DNA from: Dipteris shenzhenensis
Lineage: Eukaryota
Assembly: GCA_047967505.1 (NCBI GenBank)
Contig: CM106538.1
DNA: 64,000 nucleotides
Strand: one strand, 5' to 3'
Under the pieces are notes generated by a model. It saw nothing but the letters and a program-made list of their open reading frames with translations. It did no database searches and was not told the DNA's origin. Below, one piece after another: positions 21,835 to 33,373 of the stretch (position 1 is its first letter; each line of letters opens with the position of its first letter). Position numbers and translations under genes: made by a program.

Positions 21835-24800
21835 GTCCCAAGAAAGAGGGAAGTCTCGTAGCAAATCCAAGGCTAGGAACATTGAGTGTTACCACTATGG
21901 GAAGAAGGGCCATATTAAAAAGGATTGCTACAAGCCGAAAAGAGAGCAAAAGGATAAGAAAAAGAATGCAAATTGGGGTGCAAATCAAAAGGAAGAGAGT
22001 CCGAGGAGATCAATGCAGTCACACATGATAGTGACAATGACGTTCTCTTCATGTCTAGTTTATCTGCAGAGTTGCTTACCACTTCAGATGATGCATATTC
22101 CTAGGATTGGATTTTGGATTCTGGTGCTTCATTCCATGTTACTCCTCATAGGGAATGGTTCTCCACTTATGACAGTGGAAAGACAGGTTGTGTGCATCTT
22201 GGAAATGACTATGCATGTGACATAGTGGGAGTAGGTGACATAAAGTTTTCTTTTGCAAATGGGTCCACATTTATTTTGAAACATGAGACATGTGCCTAAG
22301 TTGACCAAGAGTCTTATTTCAGTGGGTCAGCTAGATGATGCTGGTTTTCACACCACTTTTGGCTTTCAGAGTTGGAAAATTCAAAAGGGCTCTATGCTTT
22401 TGGCCAGGGGTGCCAAGTGTGGGACTTTATATCCCTTACATGTATCAGGGGTATTTGATCATGTTGTTGCAATAACCGAGCAGCCAAGCATTTCTTTGTG
22501 GCATTGTAGGTTAGGGCACATGAGCCAAAATGGAATGAAACTCTTATGCCATTTGGGTTATGTACCGCATTTGAGTTTCTCTGATTTTGAATTTTGTGAG
22601 CACTATCTCTATGGGAAGCAGACTAAATCAGCCCATAAAAGAAGGGGAAAGAAAGAGTTTGAAAATCTTGATTTGGTGCATTCAGACGTATGTGGTCCCA
22701 TGCCTACACGATCATTAGGCGGGGCTAAATACTATGTGACATTCATTGATGATCCAACTAGGAAAGTGTGGGCTTATGCTATAGCTCGGAAGAGTGATGT
22801 GTTCTAGGTATTTCAGAAATGGCTGGCCTTGGTTGAGAATCAGTCAGATAGAATGCTTAAATGCCTACAGACTAACAATGGTGGAGAGTATCTCTCTCCT
22901 GACTTTCAGCATTTCTGTGATACACGTGGGATTAAGAGGGAGCTCACATCCCCTCGTACTCCAGAACAAAATCTAGTTGCAGAAAAGATGAATTGTACCA
23001 TTCAAGAAAGGTTGCAATGCATGCTTTCCAATGCAAGTCTTTCTGGTGGTTTTTGGGCTGAGGCAATGAAGACTGCGGTGCATGTGATCAATAGATCACC
23101 TAGTAAGAGTTTGGATGGTGGTATTTCTGAAGAGGCATGGAGTGGCAAGAAGCCCTCTTACTCTCATTTACGTATATTTGGGTGTGAGGCATATGCACAT
23201 GTGCCAAAAGAGCTTCGAAAGAAGCTAGATCCTAATTCTAGGAAATGCATCTTTCTGGGTTATGGTGAAAGTGGAGAGATGGGCTATCGTCTCTGGGATC
23301 CAGAAGCAAAGAAGATCATACATAGCATGATGTAGTCTTAAATGAGAAGAAGATGCATAAGGCACCCATGAGGGATGTGGAAATGAGGAGAATCACTTTC
23401 CAGGATGTGAATCCACTTGCATATGTTGATAGACAGCAAGCTGTCCATGCACCAAATGTGCAAGAAATGGTACCAAAAAGTACTCCCACAGGTATACAAT
23501 CAAGGGTAGATGATGGATCATCTATTGGTGGAAATGATGAGCCAAATGTAGCTGGTATAAAGGTGGGACAGCAAGCTGAAATGCCCTTGAGAAGATCATC
23601 TAGAGTGTCTAGACTGCCTGATAGGTTTGTTCCAGGGGTAGATTATGTGATGCTTACTGATTGCGGGGAGCCTTCTTGCTACAGAGAGGCTATGATGCGC
23701 AAGGATCAACGCAAGTGGGAGTATGCTATGCAATCAGAGATGAGTTCACTTATGAAGAATAAGACTTGGGACTTGGTTTCTTTGCCACATGGAAGGAAAG
23801 CATTGCCATGTAAATGGGTCTACAAAATGAAGGTCACAGGTGATGATGTGCCTAGGTACAAGGCCCATTTGGTTGCTAAAGGGTTCAAGCAAGAGAAGGG
23901 TGTGGACTTTGATGAGATATTCTCTCCGGTTGTAAAGATGACCACACTTAGATGCATGCTTGGACTAGTGGCATCAGAGGATATGGAGCTCATGCAGATG
24001 GATGTCAAGATAGCTTTCTTGCATGGGGATTTGCATGAGGAAATTTACATGGTGCACCCAGAAGGCTTTGAAGAAAAGGGCAAAGAGCATTTAGTTTGCA
24101 AGCTGAAGAAGAGTCTCTATGGTCTTAATCAAGCACCTAGAGAATGGTATCAGAAGTTTGATGCTTTCATTCGGTCCCAGGGTTTTAGAAGGAGTGAAAT
24201 TGATCACTGCCTCTACACTAAAAGGGCTAAGGATAATAGCTTGATAATCTTGGCACTATATGTGGATGATATGCTATTGGCTAGCAAGAATACTTATGAG
24301 CTAGATGCATTAAAGGCCAAGTTGCATGAGGCCTTTGATATGAAGGATTTGGGACTTACAGGTCATATTCTTGGTATGTGCATCACGCATGATCAGAGTA
24401 GGAAACTCCTTTGGCTTTCACAAAAAGAGTATGTTACAAAAGTATTGCAGCGTTTCAATATGGAGGGGGGGAAGGCAGTGAGTACTCCATTGCCTCCATA
24501 TGTGAAACTGAGTCATACAGATAGTCCCAAATCAAATGAGGAAAGGGCCATGATGGCCAAGGTTCCTTGTGCATCAGTAGTTGGGAGTCTTATGTATGCT
24601 ATGATAGCTACTAGACCAGACATTACATTTGTAGTGGGAGTTGTTAGCCGGTATATGGCTAATCCAGGAAAGAGGCATTGGGAGGTAGTTAAGTGCATCA
24701 TGAGGTACATGAAGGGTACCAAGGAGATGTGCATCTGCTTTGGTAGAGGAGACATGCGTGTACTTGGGTACACAGATTCAAACTATGTAGGGCATGTGGA

Positions 24801-25215
24801 TAGTAGGAGATCAACTTCTGGTTATGTGTTCACCTTTGCAGGTGGTGCACTGTCGTGAATGTCTCGCGCACGGAAGTGTGTTGCTTTGTCTACCACAGAG
24901 GCTTAGTATGTTGCAGCCACAGAGGGTTGTGAGGCTATATGGCTTGATTGGCTAGTGGGAGATTTTGGGATTCATACAGGTGTACCGACATTGCATAGTG
25001 ATTCCATGAGTGCTATTCAGCTAGCACGGAATCCGATCTTTCATGCAAAGACCAAACACATTGAGGTCAGGTACCACTTCATTAGGGAGGTACTTGAGGA
25101 CAAGCGCATAAAGCTTGTCAAGGTTCATACAGATGATAACCTTGCAGATATGCTGACGAAGAGTCTACCTAGTCAACGGTTTGAGTATTTTCGTGTATTG
25201 ATGGGCATTGGATAG
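21835..25215 (+). pseudogene. copia A gag C-terminus and pol (PR-INT-RT-RH), frameshifted/stopped
   Basis: ORFs 22283..22807, 22829..23335, 23353..24858 and 24955..25215 carry canonical copia motifs. Confidence 0.95.
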
Positions 25216-25268
25216 TATGCTCAGTGGTTGTCCTCCCTTAAAGGCACATTGTCCTTTAAGTGGGAGGT

Positions 25269-25439
25269 TGTGGGGGTTAAAGGTCATTGTGCCTTTACCC
25301 CGGTTATGTACAACACTCAAACACATATATAAATGAATGAAAAAGAAGATTAGGGTGGTTCTGCACCCATAAAAACTTGTGTGGCTCTCTGTTTCTCTCT
25401 CTCCCTCTTCCGTTCTTGCTTTCGTTGAGAGCACTCTCA
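25269..25439 (+). repeat. 3' LTR of copia A (171 bp)
   Basis: TGTGGGGG...CACTCTCA after the PPT; matches 15077-15224 and 61333-61832. Confidence 0.93.
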
Positions 25440-26090
25440 GCCCAACACTACATTTCCGATCACATGTCTCGTGTCAAGTTGGGAGAAGAAGCCATTGGAG
25501 TAGAAGACGACTTACCAGATGCCACACTATTTCAAATAAATGCTGTTCTAGAGTGGTGTGGAGATATCATTGGGTACTTAATGATAGGAAGACCACCCCC
25601 TGAAATGAAAGCAGTAGATGCCAGAAAATTAATTCCAAATGCTGCACCCTATCAACTCATTGCAGGACAACTGTATAAGATGAGCAAGGACCAGGTATTA
25701 AGAAGATGTGTAATGCCTCATGAGATCATGCCAATCCTAAGTGAAGTCCATGAAGGCATTGCAGGAGGACACTTCCAAGGGGAAGCCACAGCAAGAAAAG
25801 TTCTCCTCGTAGGCTATTGGTGGCCAACACTATGGGCAAATGCCTATGAATATGTAAAAGGCTATGATGTATGCAAATGGACTACTAAATCACAGCACAA
25901 AGACTTCAATCCCCTAACAATAGCTATTGCACAAAAACCATTTGAAAAATGGGGGATTGACTATGTGGGTCCCATCCATCCACAGTAGCAAAAGGAACAC
26001 AAGCATGCTACATCATTATGGCCACTGATTACTTTACAAAATGGACTGAAGCTAAAGCAGTCAGAAAGGTAGATGCCAGAAGCACATCAA
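25440..26090 (+). pseudogene. gypsy 1 RNase H end and integrase N-part (truncated)
   Basis: QHYISDHMSR...HEGIAGGHF...GYWWPTL...FEKWGIDYVGPI...ATDYFTKWTEAKA; continues the element broken at 15075. Confidence 0.9.
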
Positions 26091-29002
26091 GACCTTGGGT
26101 GAAAGTTCCAACACACGCCAATACCATGATGCCACTCAAATAAGCCTAATTAAAATATTCATCTGCTTGAATTTCAATTGTTTGGCCTGATTTTGTTACT
26201 ATGACCTACCCCCTACGAAGGCAGGCCAACAAGATTAGCATTATGGAATCCACAGATTCTCCAAATTGCTTTGAGAGACCTTTCCTTGGAGGAAAGCCCA
26301 AGGAAGGCGGCAAGTGGCCAGTAGGCTGTGAGCCACCTTTTTCGACAGCTTCCCGATCGAAAAAGGGTACCCTAGGTCATTTCTCGATCATCGAGGTCAG
26401 AGGGAGAGGGTAAATAAAGGTAAAGACTGCATGCAGCGGTGATGGCAGTGGGCCTGCAGGACAGACACTGTGTGGCAATCATGGGCTTGCGAGTGGATGA
26501 TGTGGTGTATACCCTACCTCTCTATGCTTAAATGAGCACTAGAGTGATGTGGCAGTGGTGGCATGATGGGCATGCGACAAGATGTGACATGTCTCAATAC
26601 GTGCCATCTGTCAAGCAGTAATTTTATCCTGGTCGCTTTCTTGTTTCGAAATTGCTCGTGTCATTATTTCATGGAGTTTGAGTTTTCTGGTTGTTGTTTT
26701 ACCATGCTCCAGTAGAGTTTTACCATCTCTATGATCTAGAAGGGTCTTTCATTGGACGGTGGAGACCCACGTGCACCTTCTTTGTGAGTGTCCTATCTCA
26801 AAAAAAACTTTGGAAGGCTCTAGAGTTTAAGCTACACAGTTTTCATCTGGATATCAAACAGAAATGGAGATCAGTGCTACTAGGTGATAGAGGCACACAT
26901 AATGATTTTACCCACCAGATGATGTAGCCCTTGAGAGACATGTGGAACTAGCCTTTCAAAGTCTTCCACATGGGAGGATACCAGGACCAAGATACCTTGA
27001 AGAAATTCAAAAAGTCATGATCTCTTTTAGCGACCGAAACAAAGCTTGCAAAGCCTTAGGGCATTTATGGCACTAAGGCTATTTTTTTGTAGCCTAGAAG
27101 TCTACAGTTAGCTGTCTACCTCTATTTTGTAGTTTTTTTTCCCTTTAGTACAATTTTGGTTATCACGCCCAAAAAAAAAATCCAAGATGCATTACATTCA
27201 AATGCCTACCTAGACCAATGTTTAGGTATTGTAGTGTACACAAGAGAGCGGTCTGACCCATAGATGTAGTTTGTTCCTTGCTGGAAGTGGAACTTGGAAT
27301 CTTTCTTGACCCAAATATGGTTGAGCATTGAACCACTTATTGTTGTGGGGTTGTTGATTAGTTATTCCATGTTGTGTTATTTCATCATATGCTAGAGCTT
27401 ATGGAGTGAAGGCCCTTGCTTTTGAAAACAAATGTTGAAATCGCCAACGATATAAGCAAGCAACAGCATTGTGATTTGTCGAAGCATTGTGTCAAGCAAT
27501 GCAAGCAATGTGTCCACGTTGCAACAAGGGGACTTGTAGACATTTAGTCTGGGTAGCTTGTCAATGTGCTTAGCTTGGAACACTGTGAGTAAGCACTTGG
27601 TGCCATCTTTGTGACAAAATTCCTCTTTGATGACGAGAGTGATTTCGTTCTTGTAGTAGGTGGCTAGTCCTTGAAGACCACACACATACCTAAATCTTGG
27701 ATGCTTGTTTCTTCTGTCATGGGATGTTTTTGCCTATTTGCAATTCTCTCGATATAGGGATGATTGGAGTCTAGGATGGTGGAATGTTGTCATTGTACAA
27801 TGATGAGTGCACATGTCGTGTATGCCTCCCTATGCTAGCATAGTTGAATTAGATCCATATGATTGGTAGTTTTTGGACCAAATCTGCATCCATGAAAACT
27901 CCGTCTGCACCATTCACAAGCCCATCAGTTATGTCGAGATTACTCGAGCAAATTTCAACAATGCTTCCTTGCTTCTATCTTATCTCTATGTACAAGTCTC
28001 CAATTGCCTTTGCGTCACTAGGATGTGTATTGTCTTATTGCATGTACGATGACGTATATCCTTTGCCTTTAAGATAAAAGTTGTTGTGGTCAGTATTTTA
28101 AAAACCTCTTGATTGTGCTTGTCTTTGGATGTGTTTGTGTAAAAGAGGTGCAAAATAGACTCCTTCAAGAGTGGTTGTCAGTAGTATAGTTTATTAAGAT
28201 GCTTGATGTCCTCATTAGTGTGCTTGGCAACGTGAATGCGATTGAGTATATCTTTCTAAAAGAATCTAACTGGTGCATTGGTGTTGTCAACTCATACTAC
28301 ATCATCATATCAGTCCACACCAAAGGTGCAATCACTAGTGTTGCATGTTTGGTTGAGAATATCCAATCATCCTTTATAGAGCTTGCCTGGCATAGGTCTT
28401 CACAAAAGATTATATCGACGCCACAAAATGGTTGTGTGTGGTTGTGCTTTATCTCACGCATCCACATATCACATGCGATGAATGTGTTAAGGTCCACTAG
28501 AGAAATCTTGTCGATTACAATAAGCTTGAGCTCTTTGTACAAGTGGGACAAGGCTTGGAGCATCTCTACTGAAAGTCTTTTGTATGTGCTTGTCAGCAAA
28601 GGCAAGTGGATTGCAAAATGTATTGTTGTGCCTCCTATATTGTAGGTAGATTCTATAGTGTAAGCCAATAGCAATACATTCGACAAGCTTGCATCCAATG
28701 TTTGGCTGTGTGAGTAATGACGTAAGAGGGCTTGCATGAGCAAGAGCAATGTGAATGTTTTCCTATGCTGCTAGCATTGCTAGACAAAAACAAACAAATC
28801 AATGATCGTTCTCCCAAGCATTTTTTCAAGAGGATGTCTTCAATCAAAAGCCACTTCTCTTTGTTTGGTCTTCCTAGTCAACAATGGTATTCTTGGTTGG
28901 GCATGAGATGATATGTGAAGTGTAATGCATGATGGAGAAATGGCATCTTGTTCGATGTGTCAGCTCTCTTTGTAAGTCGAATTTATTGCTGCTTGTCTCA
29001 TG

Positions 29003-30245
29003 AGGGGAGGATTACTAGAATTCGAGTGACTACGTTTGAGCAAGGTGATAGTTCGAGGGAGGACTTTCATAAAATTGACATTCTAGTGTGATGATTTATG
29101 TTCAAAAAGTAGCATGCATTTCTTACTTTCATAGTTGTTGTCCTACCCATGATATTGTGAGGAATCAATATCTTACATACAAACAAATTTTTTTGAAAAT
29201 GTTTGGCAATGTTTTTGCAAGGATCAAGGAAGAAGGAGGTGTGGAAGAAAGGGGTCAGAGTATGTGTTTTTCTTGTGAAATTTCCATTTTCAAGGCAAAA
29301 AACAATGGGAGGAGGAGCCTCTTGCCAATTTCATTTGGGCCATAACTTGGTCAATCAAACTCCAAATATGGTCATGTTTGTAGTCAAAACGATCGAAATG
29401 ATATGAATGAATCCATTTATCATGTTAGAGTGTCAAAATTATAGAGCTTTAAAAAGTTTGTACTTATCTTTGTTTCATCGGAGCTAAACCTTATCAAACT
29501 CTATTTTCTTAAATTTTTCTCATATAGAGTTTGGGTCCTTGGCTCCCTCCCTCCATTACCACAAGTATATACATGTTCATATACATATGAAGGTGATCCA
29601 TATTTTGTTAGCATCATGGTCATAAGGTGATCAATAATTTATTAGCTCCATAGTTTAAACATTTTATTCATGTCATCATTTCGTGTACAAAATGGATCAA
29701 ATCATATGGGTAGCATAAAATTCGACAAGCTACAAATAGTTTTTTGTGAAAGATTTTTCTAGGAGGAGCTTCTATATCATGGGCAGGACTATTTTTGTTT
29801 GTATGTAAATCCACAAAATAAAGAAACCCATTTAACTCATTGCTACCTTACATAATTTTGAGTGACTACCTCGAGATGTAGACATTGCAGCATTTCCCTT
29901 TTTGTAATTATTGAATGATTTCTAACTTGCATGGATTTTTTATTTATTGAATAATAGGTTTTCTCTTTGTATGTTGCCAATAATTTTTCATTTGGTATTC
30001 ATTGAATCATTGTTGACTTGCATGGACTTATGAGTTATCCCCAATAGTAAGTTTTATCTTTGTATGTTGCCAAGAATCATACAAAAAATAAGTAAGAACA
30101 ATCTCTAATAGTGTCATCTAGATTCAACCATTTCTAGTAAAAAATTATTGCTACTACAGGTTTAGAAAAAGTTCCTCATAAGCATTGCTCGAACTCTGGG
30201 CTCGCTCGAACACAACCGCTCGATGTTTTGACTTCACAAGGGCAG
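29003..30245. mobile_element. putative ~1.2 kb non-coding TIR/foldback insertion within the Helitron helicase
   Basis: Subterminal inverted arrays tcgag-N8-gtt(c/t)gagc-N9-gttcgag at ~29020-29057 and ~30187-30223; AT-rich interior; CATG flanks both sides and its removal rejoins Helitron sequence. Confidence 0.5.
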
Positions 30246-30677
30246 CATGTAGTCATATTTGTGGATGAAGTGGATGAAGTGCACAAGTGTGGTCTGGGAA
30301 AAAGTTGCTTGCTGAACTTAGATTTGTTCTCCTCAATCATCTGGTGGTTTGTGTGGTACAAGTCATGCCAAGTGGAAGGCTCATCATGGAGGCTATGTTC
30401 ACGATCAATGAAAGGAAGGTATAGTAAGCAACATTCATGAAAATGGTTCTCAGGGTCCCTTGCCTTGGTGAAGGGGTTGAAGTGTATCACTTTGACATGC
30501 TTGAGTTTTTTGGTCTCTTGTCCTCGATGCAAGAACCCACTAGCATATTCTATCAAACACAAGTCTACCAACGATGGATTCCTCTTTGGGTATTTGGCAA
30601 TGATATCATCAAAGAAGATGTCAGTACTACATGGTTTCATCATCTCCAACTACATGTGTCTTTTCAGGAGGAGGGTG

Positions 30678-33373
30678 TGTTGAAGCACATGGATCGAGCT
30701 CTCCTATGGACCCTAAGCTCCTCTAATGACAACACTAATTGAAGGTGGATGAATCCTAAGAGTGATCATGATCTATAACTCAAGTCAATTAGGTTCCAAG
30801 ATAGATTATCTTGGACTCATAAAGAAAATTTTGAGATAGTGCAAAGTGCTTGATTGATATTACTTCAAATGAACCTCCCTTTTATAGGAGTGGGTGCTTA
30901 CATCCATATGCATACTCACATGTGGGATATGTCCTCCATGCCATGTGGCATCTTGCCCTTTACTCATACCTTTGCTCTACATGTGCTCATGGCACCACAA
31001 CTCTCAACACCTCCCCTTGGTGCCATGATCCTTTGGCTATTGCAAGGTGGTCAAATGTGAGTTACAAGATCAAATCCTCCCCTGGGTGCTTACATGGCTA
31101 CTCTCAAGTGGTCAGGTTTGAATACAAGAATATAGGCTAAAGGTGGAAAGGCTTTTGCTTCTTAGTACATGTTGTTCTTGTCATTCTACTCATAGCTTAA
31201 TGATGACTCCATGTAGTTGACCTACTAGTTCTTCAATCTGCAATCTTCTTCCTTGTGTCCCAACTTCTTGCAATGTTAACACTTTGGTTTATTCTTCAGT
31301 TTGCAGTCACTTTGATAGTGACCCATCCTTTTGCAATGGTAGCACTTTGTTGATGTTTTACTGAACAGTGCTTGTTCTTCATTATAGTTGTTGTGTGTTG
31401 ATGTAGATGTCAATGATGCCTTCAACTCTATTTCTTTTTCAAGAAGAGAGGATACACATTCCTCAAACTTTGGATTTGGCAAATTCTTCAAAGTGGTTGT
31501 CAGTGCGCTATACTCTGCAAGCATGCTTTTAAGGAGGTTGCAAGTGCATCCTTTTCCCCTACTTTTGCATTTATGCCTTTGGGTCATAATGATTTTGATT
31601 TTGTTGAAAAATTGTACCATGGATTCATTGAAGCCCATGTGCAAACCATAGAATTCAATCTTAAGATGGATTTCTTGGTTTTTTGCTTTTGCACCAAACA
31701 CTATGTTCAACTCATCCCATGCATCCTTGGCATGATCCTTGGAGTCTATATGATGAATTATGTTTGGATCCATGTGCAAACCAGTGAGTGATAGTGTTGC
31801 TTTGTCTTTTTCCTTCCAGGCATAATTTTGTGCAGTGGGTATGTCTTCTTTTACAGTCTTTCAAAGCTTTTGATGCATCAAGAGATACCTCATTTGTGTA
31901 GACTAGGTGTGAAATCCTTCCTCGGTGAAATTCTCAATAATTGGGGTGTGTATTGCCATTGTAAAGGTCTTACCAATTGAAGATACTTTCAAATCTGGTA
32001 GTGTCTAATTGCATTGTCTAATTGCATACAAGAAATCTGAGTTGACAGGCACGTAGAGCTTGAAAAAATAGTTATTGAGCGTGTGCAAATTCCTCTTGGA
32101 TTACAAGTTACACCTTGTCAAAGATTCGGTTGGTGTGGTGTCATGCTATAAGCAAAGGCTCGTTGGAGAGAGCTTGGCACTCGTGCGCTTGAGCTATGGC
32201 TTGTGTGTTAGAGCTATGGCTGATACACTGTTGTAGAGGCCCCAGGCAGCACCCCTTGCACCCACGCCATCCCGTGAGCTTTGAGATGCTAAAGGAGAGC
32301 CTCTCTCATGTAATCAATGTGTGGCAAGCCAGGGTGCACCCGTCTAGCGACTATGTAGCTCCAACAGTAGTGCCTCTTGTATTGTCTCCATGCCAAAGCT
32401 CGCGCCTGTAGATGCTACATTGGAAGAGCTTGGTTGTTGGTCATTTGTTGAGAGGCTTTGTTGGAGATGGCGCAGGGAGCTGCAAATGTTCAAGGCTACG
32501 TATGGAGAGCAAGAGCTAGCTAGAACAGGGATGGCAATTTAGGTAGCAGGTCATGGCTTCTTGATAGGCAGCATGATTTGTGGATGGACGAGGAAGTCAT
32601 TGTTGTTGTGGTTAGTTCTTCATTTGGGAGCTAGCCATTTGGAGTCACGTGAGGTAGAAGAAGTCACAGGAGCTTAAAGATTGAGGCTGTTAACACGGCT
32701 AGGGACAGATGCAGCAAGGAGGTGTCTGGAGGGTCTTACATAGAGAGCTCAGGATTATAGTTGCCTTGCTTAATTCTTTGAAGCTATAGAAGGTCAAGGC
32801 TTAGTTGCTTGAATTCGTCTCAAAGAACTTCCCTCACAAACCTCTCATGGAGCAGATTGTCTCTCTTTAAAAGAGAAGAAGAACTCGCCCTCTTTCACAA
32901 TGGAATCACTCATGAACCTCTCAAGAAATGCAAACGGAAACTTCTAATGCATGATAGGAATTTCTCTAGGTAGAGGAGAACTCTCAATCAAGAAATCTAC
33001 ATCTAATCTAGGAGAGCTAGGACCTAAAGCTCTAATACCATGTTGAAGCACATGGACCGAGCTCTCCTATGGACCCTAAGCTCCTCTAATGACAACACTA
33101 ATCTAAGGTGGATGAATCCTAAGAGTGATCATGATCTATAGCTCAAGTCAATTAGGTTCCAAGATAGGTTAGCTTGGACTCATAAAGAGAATCTTGAGAT
33201 AGTGCAAAGTGCTTGATTGATATTACTTCAAATGAACCTCCATTTTATAAAGAGTGGATACTTACATCCATATGCATGCTCACATGTGGGATATGTCCTC
33301 CATGCCATGTGGCAGCTTGCCCTTTACTCATACCTCTGCTCTATATGTGCTCATGGCACCACAACTCTCAATA
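30678..33373 (-). mobile_element. gag-only non-autonomous LTR element (TR-GAG-like), 2696 bp, TSD GGGTG
   Basis: LTRs 30678-31009 and 33041-33373, PBS TGGTATTAGAGCT 33028-33040, PPT AAGGGGAGG 31010-31018, copia-type gag ~31276-31959 with CYHCKRMGHYQSDC, no pol; GGGTG at 30673-30677 and 33374-33378. Confidence 0.93.

Larger units (their letters stand above)
15077..25439 (+). mobile_element. Ty1/copia element A (short LTRs) nested in gypsy 1 and interrupted by element B
   Basis: 5'-truncated LTR 15077-15224, PBS TGGTATCAAAGCC 15227-15239, gag from 16660, knuckle CYHYGKKGHIKKDC, protease WILDSGASFHVTP, integrase HSDVCGP, RT LYVDDML, RNase H KTKHIEVRYHFIRE, PPT AAGTGGGAGGT, 3' LTR 25269-25439. 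Confidence 0.96.

Noticed and set aside
26100-27200. Helitron 3' terminus or a separate element
   Set aside because: No convincing hairpin, CTRR end or subterminal inverted repeat identified by eye.
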